A DNA stretch of 35,573 bases from a virus. Made by a program: the position numbers and the translations under genes. The notes under the pieces were generated by a model. The model ran no database searches. It was not told the origin of the DNA and saw nothing but the letters and a program-made list of their open reading frames with translations. The stretch lies in the IMG/VR virus record IMGVR_UViG_3300043313_001992; one strand, 5' to 3'. This document shows, in pieces, positions 24,208 to 31,195 of this stretch (its first letter is position 1; the number at the start of each line of letters is the position of its first letter).

Positions 24208-25655
24208 ACGGCCGGGACGACGACCTCGGGGGCCGCCACCACGCCCCAGCGGGCCAGCGTGGCGGCCACCAGCGGGCTGATGTCGGCCGACGCCCGGCGC
24301 TTCCAGGCCCACGCCTCGCCGACGGGCCGCTTGGTGGCCCCGACCACGGCGTCGCCCAGCCGGTAGTCGCCCCGGTGGGACAGCTGGGCACGGGTGGCGG
24401 CATCGTGGAAATCGCCGCACGCCCGGACCATGTCGCTGAGGCTGATCAGCCGCACGGCGTGGGACCCGTCGAAGCGCCGGGTGGCCCGCTCCAGCGCCGG
24501 GATGGCCGACGCCGCCGGGTTGCCCCGGTCGATCACGATGGGGGCCTCCCACGTGGCGGCCACTTCCCCGGCCCGGGTGACGATCCGCTCCAGGTCGGAC
24601 CCCGCCTCGATGACCTCCAGAGCCACCACGTGCCCTTCTCCGGGGATTTCGACGGTCCCGGCGACGACCAACGCCCCTCGGTCCCGTTCGGGCGTGAAAT
24701 CGAGCCCCAGGGCGACCTGGGTCCCGGGCATCAGGTCGTCCCGGCGGCACGCCGCCCACGTGACGGCGTCGATGCCCGTGGCGGCGTCGGCGTCGGCCCA
24801 AACGTTCAGGTGCTCCCGCAGGAACGTGGCCCGGTCCATGGTCAGGGCGCCGTCGGATAGGGCCGCCTCGATGACCCCGCCGGGATACCCCATCGACGGG
24901 TTGGCCGCCGCCCACGCCGCCCGGTCGAATACGTCGGCGTCGGCCTCGGCGCACCATTCGAGCCAGCACATCGTCGAGGCCGGGTTGGCGACCTCCAGGC
25001 GGCCAACGTCGGTGAAGTGGCGCCACAACCCCGACCGGCTGTTCCCGGCGTTGCTGAGGAGCCAGATCTGGGCGTGCGGCTTGGCGGCCATGGCGGGCTG
25101 GATGCCCGACACGACGGCCATCGTCTCGTGGGCGTGGGCCTCGTCGACCACCGCCAGGTCGAGCGACAACGACCGGGCGGCCTTCTTGCCGGTGGGGGTG
25201 ACCGGCATGTAGCGCGAGCCGTTGTCCATGACGAGGACCTCGCGGTGATTCGACCGGTCGATGCGGGCCACCCGGTCGCGGAACGGGGTCGCCATGAGCA
25301 GCTCGACGTGCTCGGCCCATTTCGTCCTGGCGAGCGCACGGTCCTGGGCGGTGTAGGCGACCGTCTGGTTAGGCGGGATCAGCTGGCGGGCGATGCGGGC
25401 CAGCATCAGCGTGGTCTTGCCGTTCTGGCGGGCCACGGCGACACCGACCGACCGGTGGGCGGGCAGCTTCGTGACGGGGTCGTATTCGCCCGCCACGTCG
25501 GCGGCGTGTTCCTGCCACGGGAACAGCTCCCAGCCCAGTAGGCGGGCCACCTGGCGGTCCAGGGGGCCACGGGACGGGCGCGCCGGGTTGCGCTTGGTGC
25601 CCCAGCGGGGCGCCGCTGATAGACGTCGATCAGGTGCCGCTGGGGTCGAGTTCAC
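24201..25655 (-). CDS. terL: terminase large subunit
   Basis: Walker A-like VARQNGKTT and Walker B-like LAVVDEAH, with a C-terminal nuclease half. The longest ORF (GTG at 25655) overlaps terS and contains motif copy 25617-25632. The in-frame GTG at 25550 (VARLLGWELFPWQ) is an alternative start. Confidence 0.85.
   Translation of the reverse strand: MNSTPAAPDRRLSAAPRWGTKRNPARPSRGPLDRQVARLLGWELFPWQEHAADVAGEYDPVTKLPAHRSVGVAVARQNGKTTLMLARIARQLIPPNQTVAYTAQDRALARTKWAEHVELLMATPFRDRVARIDRSNHREVLVMDNGSRYMPVTPTGKKAARSLSLDLAVVDEAHAHETMAVVSGIQPAMAAKPHAQIWLLSNAGNSRSGLWRHFTDVGRLEVANPASTMCWLEWCAEADADVFDRAAWAAANPSMGYPGGVIEAALSDGALTMDRATFLREHLNVWADADAATGIDAVTWAACRRDDLMPGTQVALGLDFTPERDRGALVVAGTVEIPGEGHVVALEVIEAGSDLERIVTRAGEVAATWEAPIVIDRGNPAASAIPALERATRRFDGSHAVRLISLSDMVRACGDFHDAATRAQLSHRGDYRLGDAVVGATKRPVGEAWAWKRRASADISPLVAATLARWGVVAAPEVVVPAVY
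25617..25632. promoter_or_regulatory. boundary motif TGATAGACGTCGATCA
   Basis: The terS stop (25630-25632) is in the right arm. The motif lies at the terS/terL junction. Confidence 0.7.
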
Positions 25656-26154
25656 GGGCGATCCGATCCCACGGGTCCTCGGCCTCGTCGGGCTCGACGT
25701 CGAGGCCCTGAAGCTCCTCGACCGACACGATCAGCGTGGACCGCTCCAGCTTGGCGCCCAGCTCCAGCAACCGGGCGACGGCGGTGGCGGGCATGTGGTC
25801 GGCGTCCATGGCCGACAACGCCTGCGCCGCCTTCATCACCGCCGCCCGGCCCGCCTTGCGGTGGATTTCGTGCATCGAGCGGATGGCCTCCAGGCGTTCC
25901 TGGTCCTCGACCCGGTGGCACGTGTCGTCCCACGCCTCGGCCCGCTCCCGCCACGCCCACTTGTCGGCCAGCTCCCGCACCCGGCGGTAGCTCAGGTCCA
26001 CCTGCTCGGCGATCTTGGCGAGGTCCCGGCGGGGGGCGGGGGTGTCGCGGTAGAGGCGGAAGATGCCGTGCTCGCGGGTCGGCTCGCCCGTCATCCGTTC
26101 CCATGGGTCGGTTTCAGGGAGGTCCTCGGGGGGTGGCGACTTGTGGCGGGGCAC
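25630..26154 (-). CDS. terS: terminase small subunit
   Basis: 174 aa directly upstream of terL. The N-terminal HTH-like segment (REHGIFRLYRDTPAPRRDLAKIAEQVDLSYRRVRELADKWAWRERAEAWD) is typical of actinophage TerS. The start may be GTG at 26154 or ATG at 26094. Confidence 0.75.
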   Translation of the reverse strand: MPRHKSPPPEDLPETDPWERMTGEPTREHGIFRLYRDTPAPRRDLAKIAEQVDLSYRRVRELADKWAWRERAEAWDDTCHRVEDQERLEAIRSMHEIHRKAGRAAVMKAAQALSAMDADHMPATAVARLLELGAKLERSTLIVSVEELQGLDVEPDEAEDPWDRIARELDPSGT

Positions 26155-26164
26155 GTCGCCGAGG

Positions 26165-27373
26165 CTAACCAGGCGCCGTGAAATCGTGCGGTACCCCGGT
26201 GGCCTCGTTGACGGGCTCGACGCCCGTGGCCTCCTGCCACCGCCGGGCGATAACGTCGACGTAGCGGGGGTCCAGCTCGACGAGGCGGGCCGTGCGGCCG
26301 GTCTGGTGCGCCGCTATCAGGGTCGAGCCGGACCCGGCGTAGGGGTCGAGCACGGTGCAGGCGTCGGGCGCCCAGCGGGTCAGGATCTCGGCCAGGAGGC
26401 GGGTCGGCTTCTGGGTGGGGTGCATCCGGTGGGCGGCCTCGGCCCCGCCGAACGCCCCGAACCAGTAGCAGCGCAGCAGGTCCCGCTTGTGGCGCTGGGC
26501 CGACCAGATCAGCTCGAAGCCCGAGCCGAAGCCGGGGTCGCTTGACTCGGTGCGCTTGTCCCACACCAGCCACGATCCGTCGAGGTCGTCGGCGGTGAGG
26601 GTGCGCCGGTAGTAGTCGGCCCCGAACCAGAACTGCTCGCGCACGTCGGCGGCATAGGCGCGCAGAATCGAGGCGTCATAGGGCCGGTCGTCGTGGAGGA
26701 CGGGCCGGTAGTTGCCGCCGGGGGTGCCCCGCAGGATCGCCTTCGACGATCCACCGATGCCCGACCAGTCGGTGTCCAGGTTCATGCCGTAGGGCGGGTC
26801 CGTCAGGAGGCATCCGATACGGGCGCCGCCCACCGCCCGGTCGAGGACCGTCGCGTCGGCCGAGTCGCCGCACATCAGCCGGTGCGGGCCGAGGCGCCAC
26901 ATGTCGCCCAGGGCGGTGATGGCGGGGGCGGTGGCCGGGGTGTTGTCGCCGTCGGTCGGTGGGGGTGTCAGGCGGGCCAGCAGGTCGTCGAGGTCGGTGG
27001 CGGCGAACGAGGCGGCGGCGAGCAGCGTGGGGTCGGCGGCGTTGACCTCGGTGAGTAGGTCGAGTAGCGCCTGCTCGTCGTAGGTGCCCAGCTCGCTGGT
27101 CCGGTTGTCGGCCAGAGCGAACGCCTTGGCCGTCGCTTCGTCGGCGTCGGTGCGGACCACGGCCAGCTCGGTCCAGCCCAGCTGTCGTGCTGCCAGGAAG
27201 GTGTGGTTGCCCGCGATGATCGTGCCGTCGAGGCGGGCCACGATGGGCTTGAGCTGGCCGAAGCGTTCGAGGCTGCGGGCCACGGCGTCGACGTCGCCCC
27301 GTCTCGGGTTGCCCGGTAGCTGGTGCAGGTCGTCCAGCTGGGTGGCCAGCGGCAGCAGGTTGTCGGCGATCAC
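26165..27373 (-). CDS. ParB-like nuclease domain / DNA N6- or N4-methyltransferase fusion (copy 1)
   Basis: 402 aa from the GTG at 27373 (GTGA overlap). ParB-domain motif: LPGNPRRGDVDAVARSLERFGQLKPIV...GNHTFLAA. Motif IV is TDPPYG and motif I is VLDPYAGSGST (beta-class order). Confidence 0.85.
   Translation of the reverse strand: MIADNLLPLATQLDDLHQLPGNPRRGDVDAVARSLERFGQLKPIVARLDGTIIAGNHTFLAARQLGWTELAVVRTDADEATAKAFALADNRTSELGTYDEQALLDLLTEVNAADPTLLAAASFAATDLDDLLARLTPPPTDGDNTPATAPAITALGDMWRLGPHRLMCGDSADATVLDRAVGGARIGCLLTDPPYGMNLDTDWSGIGGSSKAILRGTPGGNYRPVLHDDRPYDASILRAYAADVREQFWFGADYYRRTLTADDLDGSWLVWDKRTESSDPGFGSGFELIWSAQRHKRDLLRCYWFGAFGGAEAAHRMHPTQKPTRLLAEILTRWAPDACTVLDPYAGSGSTLIAAHQTGRTARLVELDPRYVDVIARRWQEATGVEPVNEATGVPHDFTAPG
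26957..27373. repeat. 417-bp near-identical direct repeat, unit A (5' ParB-domain part of methyltransferase 1)
   Basis: Aligns with 28183-28599 at a constant offset of 1226 bp with only scattered mismatches. The antisense ORF translations given at 27084 and 28310 are identical for 73 residues. Confidence 0.85.
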
Positions 27374-28599
27374 GGCGTGCCCTTGGTGAAGTCGTGCGCC
27401 GCACCGGTGGCCTCGTGGATCGGCTCGAAGCCGGTCGCCTCCTGCCAGCGACGAGCGATCACGTCGCAGTAGCGGGGGTCGAGCTCGATGAGCCGGGCGG
27501 TGCGGCCGGTCTGGTGGGCGGCGATCAGGGTGGTGCCCGACCCGGCGAAAGGGTCGAGCACGACGGCGCCGGGCTTCGTGTGGTTGGCCACGGCCCGCTC
27601 GACGAGCGCGACGGGCTTCATCGTTGGGTGGTCCTTGGAGGCGGCGGGCCGGGCGAACTCCCAGACCGAATCCTGGGTGCGGTCCGGCACCGGGTGGTGC
27701 GGGCCGCCCGGTGCCCAGCCGAAGAACAGCGCTTCGTGGCGGTAGTGGTAGTCGCTGTGGCCCATCACCAGGGAGTTCTTCACCCACGCCAGGGTCTGGC
27801 GCCAGATCCCCAGGTCGTCGAGCGCCTCAACGAAGCAACGCATGGCCGGACCTAGGGGCGCCGTCACGAACCAGACGGCGCCGGGGTGGCAGCAGGCCAG
27901 GGTCGCCAGGAAGGCGGCGCTCAGCAGCGCCTTGGTCTGGTCGGCGTCGAGGGCGTCGTTGTCGATGGTCAGGGCGTCGGCGGTCTTGCCGATGTAGTCC
28001 ACGCCGTAGGGCGGGTCGGTCCACACCAGGTCGGCCAGGCGGTCGCCCATCACCCGCTCCACGTCGGTGGTGACGGTGGCGTCACCGCAGAGCAGGCGGT
28101 GCGGCCCCAGGCGCCACACGTCGCCCTTGGTCGTGAAGGCCGGGGGTGCGGGCGGGACGTGGTCGGGGTCCAACAGCGGCGACGGTGGGGGCGTCAGGCG
28201 GGCCAGCAGGTCGTCGAGGTCGGTGGCGGCGAACGAGGCGGCGGCGAGCAGGGTGGGGTCGGCTTCGTTGACCTCGGTGAGCAGGTCCAGTAGCGCCTGC
28301 TCGTCGTAGGTGCCCAGCTCGCTGGTCCGGTTGTCGGCCAGAGCGAACGCCTTGGCCGTCGCTTCGTCGGCGTCGGTGCGGACCACGGCCAGCTCGGTCC
28401 AGCCCAGCTGTCGTGCTGCCAGGAAGGTGTGGTTGCCCGCGATGATCGTGCCGTCGAGGCGGGCCACGATGGGCTTGAGCTGGCCGAAGCGTTCGAGGCT
28501 GCGGGCCACCGCCTCGACGTCGCCCCGTCGGGGGTTGCCCGGTAGTAGGTGCAGGTCGTCGAGCGGGGTGGCGAGCGGTAGGAGGTTGTCGGCGATCAC
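27370..28599 (-). CDS. ParB-like nuclease domain / DNA N6- or N4-methyltransferase fusion (copy 2)
   Basis: 409 aa from the GTG at 28599 (GTGA overlap with the HNH stop). It has the same ParB N-domain, TDPPYG, HPTMKP and VLDPFAGSGTT, but its central region differs from copy 1. Confidence 0.85.
   Translation of the reverse strand: MIADNLLPLATPLDDLHLLPGNPRRGDVEAVARSLERFGQLKPIVARLDGTIIAGNHTFLAARQLGWTELAVVRTDADEATAKAFALADNRTSELGTYDEQALLDLLTEVNEADPTLLAAASFAATDLDDLLARLTPPPSPLLDPDHVPPAPPAFTTKGDVWRLGPHRLLCGDATVTTDVERVMGDRLADLVWTDPPYGVDYIGKTADALTIDNDALDADQTKALLSAAFLATLACCHPGAVWFVTAPLGPAMRCFVEALDDLGIWRQTLAWVKNSLVMGHSDYHYRHEALFFGWAPGGPHHPVPDRTQDSVWEFARPAASKDHPTMKPVALVERAVANHTKPGAVVLDPFAGSGTTLIAAHQTGRTARLIELDPRYCDVIARRWQEATGFEPIHEATGAAHDFTKGTP
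28183..28599. repeat. 417-bp near-identical direct repeat, unit B (5' ParB-domain part of methyltransferase 2)
   Basis: See unit A. Confidence 0.85.
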
Positions 28600-28871
28600 C
28601 AGGACCTCGATGGTGGTGGGGGTGTGCGCACCGTGGGGTGGCGCAGCTCGGCGGCGATCATCTTGCCCTGGTGTTTCTGGCAGGGCAGGCATGCCGGGCG
28701 CAACACGCAACACCCCGACCCGGGGACGTGGTTGTGGAGCGCCAGCGGTGGGTGATGGTCCGCGCTGTTGGCCTTGGTCCCGTCGCACACGATGCGCAAC
28801 ACGCACGGCAGGCCCAGCGCCAGGAGGCGGGCACGTGCTCGCTGGTACGCCCGGTCGTAGGGGTCGGCCAC
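28596..28871 (-). CDS. HNH endonuclease (packaging-associated)
   Basis: 91 aa. CVLRIVCDG...ADHHPPLALHNH...LRPACLPCQKHQG fits the Cys4 + H-N-H pattern. It is the first gene of the terminase operon. Confidence 0.8.
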   Translation of the reverse strand: MADPYDRAYQRARARLLALGLPCVLRIVCDGTKANSADHHPPLALHNHVPGSGCCVLRPACLPCQKHQGKMIAAELRHPTVRTPPPPSRSW

Positions 28872-28888
28872 GCCGCCGAGGGTAGCGG

Positions 28889-28904
28889 TGATAGACGTCG
28901 ATCA
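28889..28904. promoter_or_regulatory. boundary motif TGATAGACGTCGATCA
   Basis: Lies 18 nt upstream of the HNH start and abuts the cos-like block. Confidence 0.7.
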
Positions 28905-28907
28905 CGG

Positions 28908-28927
28908 GCGCAACCGATCGGTTGCGC
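28908..28927. repeat. perfect 20-bp palindrome GCGCAACCGATCGGTTGCGC
   Basis: Self-complementary over all 20 nt. A second copy lies at 29149-29168. Confidence 0.9.
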
Positions 28928-29148
28928 GTGAGAAAGTTTGGGTGATGTCCTCAACTTTTCGACTTGAGGATTTCCCGCAGAAACTTTTGCGGCGGCCCCG
29001 GTTTTTTTCTGTGGGAACGGGGGCGGCACTCACCCGCCCGGCTATCTACCGCCTGGGGGCCGAAAAAGAAATCCGGCCGAAATCCTCAAGTCCGAAACTT
29101 GAGGGAAACGCCGAGAAAAAGAATCCCGGGAAAGTCCTCAAGTCCGAC

Positions 29149-29168
29149 GCGCAACCGATCGGTTGCGG
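29149..29168. repeat. second copy of the palindrome (GCGCAACCGATCGGTTGCGG, 19/20)
   Basis: The 18-nt core CGCAACCGATCGGTTGCG (29150-29167) is perfectly self-complementary. Confidence 0.9.
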
Positions 29169-29195
29169 TCGGCGCTTGTGGCAGGATGCCGGGTC

Positions 29196-29450
29196 ATGTG
29201 GAGGAAACGACGACCGCTACCACCCGCCCCGGTCAATGTGAGGCTTCAGGACGCCGAGGGGCACGTCTACCCGCTGGAATTGGCCTACATCGGCCGTCGG
29301 CGGGGGCTTGACCGGTGGCGGGCGACGACCACGGTCACGCTCGACTGGCACCAGCCGTTCGAGCTACGGGCCGACGAGCTACCGGGGGCGACGGCCATCG
29401 AGCTGGAGGTGCGGCGCGAGCCCGACGACGGGTCACGCAACCCGGCGTAG
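29196..29450 (+). CDS. hypothetical protein
   Basis: 84 aa from the ATG at 29196 (AGGA 9 nt upstream). GC3 is fairly high. It is convergent with the endolysin and overlaps its 3' end by 18 nt. Confidence 0.5.
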   Translation: MWRKRRPLPPAPVNVRLQDAEGHVYPLELAYIGRRRGLDRWRATTTVTLDWHQPFELRADELPGATAIELEVRREPDDGSRNPA

Positions 29451-30632
29451 ACGCCCGTCCGAGGCGCCCTGGCGGGCGGATACACCGTCACGGCGCCGGA
29501 TCGTCCGAATCACGGCGGCCCCCTGGGCGGTGATGAAGGCGGCGACCAGCCCGGCGATGATGACGACCACGCCGACCACGGCGGCGATCTGCCACTGCGT
29601 GAGGTCGAACCAGTCGGCGGCGAGCGCCAGCTCAAGCCCGAGCCACAACAACGCCACCAGAACGACCGCAAACGCCCCCGTAGCGGCCATAGACGCCGTT
29701 GTGGCCGTCGCCCCGCCACCCGTGGGGTCCTCGACCTCGTGGTGGTAGCGCTCGGCCATGAACACGTCGTCGACCAGCCACGTGTCCTCGGGGCCGATGC
29801 CCAGCCAGAAACACTCCTGAAGGACGGCGTCCCAGGTCTTGAGGTGGCGGGCGGCGCCCGAACCCTCGACCAACGACCACCAGGCCTCGTCAGCGACCCC
29901 GATACGGGCCTGCGCCCACGCCGAACCGGCCTTCGTGCGCACAACGCTCCGTGTCGGCATGTCGTCCTCCTCCTCGGGCGGCACGCCGCCCAGCAGCTCC
30001 GACCAGAACGCCTCGCGCACGGTGTTCTGGTCGCACGTGTTTTCGGTGATGCCCGGGATGCGCGCCGTCGAGCTGAACTGCCACGCCGACCAGCCGGTGT
30101 CGGCCCAGGCGGCCGGAACGGGCGGGTTGAACGCCGGGGGGCTCGTAATCGGGGCGTTTGACCCGTAATTTGCCACCCAAAACGGCCTGAGGCCGATCGG
30201 ATGCGCCGGGTCGAACCCCACGCCGAAGTAGGCGCCCGAGTAGACGATGGCCGGTGCCCGTGCGCCGAGCCGGACGACCTCGGCGCAGAAGGCCTCGCCG
30301 AAGGCGTCGAGCTGGGCGGGGCTCAGACCGTGGGCGTTGTGCTCGATGTCCAAGACCGACCCGAGCTCGCCTCTGCCGAGGCCCAGGTCGACGGCGTAGC
30401 GGGCCTGGCTCTCAGCGTCGCCCACCGCGGGGCTGGCGAAGAAGTAGCCGCCGTACAGGCCACCGGCGGCGAGGCAGTTGGCCTCGTTCTCGAGCCACCG
30501 GCTGTCCCGGTAATAGCCGCCATCTGCGCCGCCAACCTTGATCCAGGCGCCCTGGACCCCTGCGGCCAGCACTTCGGGCCAGTTGATCCAGCCCTGCCAC
30601 CGCGAGACGTCGATCGTCCACACGTCGGCCAT
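29433..30632 (-). CDS. GH25-type lysozyme (muramidase) endolysin with C-terminal double transmembrane segment
   Basis: 399 aa. The N-terminus (IDVSRWQGWINWPEV...GAWIKVG...YGGYFF...LDIE...WQFSS) fits the GH25 pattern. The last 85 aa contain two hydrophobic helices (GAFAVVLVALLWLGLELALAA and IAAVVGVVVIIAGLVAAFITAQGAAVI) followed by an Arg-rich tail. Confidence 0.8.
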   Translation of the reverse strand: MADVWTIDVSRWQGWINWPEVLAAGVQGAWIKVGGADGGYYRDSRWLENEANCLAAGGLYGGYFFASPAVGDAESQARYAVDLGLGRGELGSVLDIEHNAHGLSPAQLDAFGEAFCAEVVRLGARAPAIVYSGAYFGVGFDPAHPIGLRPFWVANYGSNAPITSPPAFNPPVPAAWADTGWSAWQFSSTARIPGITENTCDQNTVREAFWSELLGGVPPEEEDDMPTRSVVRTKAGSAWAQARIGVADEAWWSLVEGSGAARHLKTWDAVLQECFWLGIGPEDTWLVDDVFMAERYHHEVEDPTGGGATATTASMAATGAFAVVLVALLWLGLELALAADWFDLTQWQIAAVVGVVVIIAGLVAAFITAQGAAVIRTIRRRDGVSARQGASDGRLRRVA

Positions 30633-30637
30633 GACGA

Positions 30638-30853
30638 TCAGGCCGGGGCGTCGTCGTCGTCCCGCTGGACCTGCTGGCGGGCCTGCTCCTTCTGCTGCTC
30701 GAGCGTTGGCGGGCGCTCGGGCTGGTCGGGATCAGCCTGGGCCTGGTCGGGATCGGCCTGGACTACGTCCGACAGGGCGTCGGGTTGCGGCTCGGGCTCG
30801 TTCGGGTCATTTGTGGGGTTATCGCTCATGTCCGGGAACGATACGACCGTCAT
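30638..30853 (-). CDS. hypothetical acidic low-complexity protein
   Basis: 71 aa (or 63 aa from the ATG at 30829). It is Asp/Pro/Gln-rich with a repeated ADPDQ(A/P) unit and has no TM segment. Confidence 0.5.
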   Translation of the reverse strand: MTVVSFPDMSDNPTNDPNEPEPQPDALSDVVQADPDQAQADPDQPERPPTLEQQKEQARQQVQRDDDDAPA

Positions 30854-30871
30854 GGTGCGATGCCGTGGACA

Positions 30872-31033
30872 TCAGCCCAGATAGGCGCGGATAGCGGCGA
30901 CCACCGTCTCCTGAAGGCTCGAATCGTCGGTTGCTGCCCGGATGCGCAGCTCCCGGTGCAGGTCGGCGTCGATGGCGATGTTGATCCGCTTGACGGCGGG
31001 GGCGGACGGCGGGGGCGGAGTGCGTTTCGGCAT
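30872..31033 (-). CDS. ribbon-helix-helix (CopG/Arc-like) DNA-binding protein
   Basis: 53 aa. KRINIAIDADLHRELRIRAATDDSSLQETVVAAIRAYLG has a beta-strand/helix/helix pattern. It forms the 3' end of a 605-aa shadow ORF. TATTGT lies 6 nt upstream of the ATG, which is leaderless geometry. Confidence 0.7.
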   Translation of the reverse strand: MPKRTPPPPSAPAVKRINIAIDADLHRELRIRAATDDSSLQETVVAAIRAYLG

Positions 31034-31195
31034 GGCGCCACAATATCGCACATCGCGACGTTGTGACACCCTTGAGCGATTTGTGTCACGAGGAATCTTT
31101 GATAGAAGTGTTAGGTAACTATCATCGCTGGTCGATACTATGGCTGTGCCAGCGCCATCGGGGCGAGGGCCGTCACCACCAGGAGCCAACCAGCC
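31034..31195. promoter_or_regulatory. divergent control region (RHH gene vs rightward AAA+/VWA operon)
   Basis: TTGTGACAC (31061-31069) and TTGTGTCAC (31081-31089) are mutually inverted and 20 bp apart. The region also contains the split motif TGATAG-N13-CTATCA (31100-31124), AAGTGTTAGG (31106-31115), and GTCGATACTAT (31131-31141), which shares CGATACT with the island promoters. Confidence 0.6.
31100..31124. promoter_or_regulatory. split version TGATAG-N13-CTATCA
   Basis: Same arms as the 16-bp motif, but with AAGTGTTAGGTAA inserted between them. Lies in the RHH/rightward-operon control region. Confidence 0.5.

Larger units (their letters stand above)
28905..29170. other. lower-GC repeat-dense non-coding block; candidate cos/pac (or origin) region
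   Basis: No ORF here has the genome's GC3 bias. The block is flanked by palindromes at 28908-28927 and 29149-29168. Hairpins: TCCTCAA-N9-TTGAGGA (28948-28970) and CCTCAAGT-N5-ACTTGAGG (29084-29104). Three ~20-bp GAAA(T/G)TCCTCAAGTC(C)GA repeats are present (one inverted), plus a T7 run at 29002-29008. Confidence 0.5.

Noticed and set aside
23893-25320. 475-aa minus-strand ORF and 23874-24860 plus-strand ORF overlapping terL and island gene 7
   Set aside because: These are Arg/Gly/Pro-rich shadow frames. The terL frame (24201-25655) has Walker motifs, and the 23917-24207 frame has normal composition.
28888-29311. ORFs 28888-29241 (+), 28964-29311 (+) and 28658-29029 (-) across the cos-like block
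   Set aside because: Third-codon positions are AT-rich, unlike every supported gene. The translations are low-complexity, and the region is better explained by hairpins and repeats.
30638-31033. RHH gene plus the downstream small gene as a toxin-antitoxin pair
   Set aside because: The downstream 71-aa product is an acidic Pro/Asp/Gln low-complexity peptide with no resemblance to ParE/RelE/PIN/Doc-type toxins. The RHH has its own operator repeats in a divergent promoter region, which fits a transcriptional regulator.
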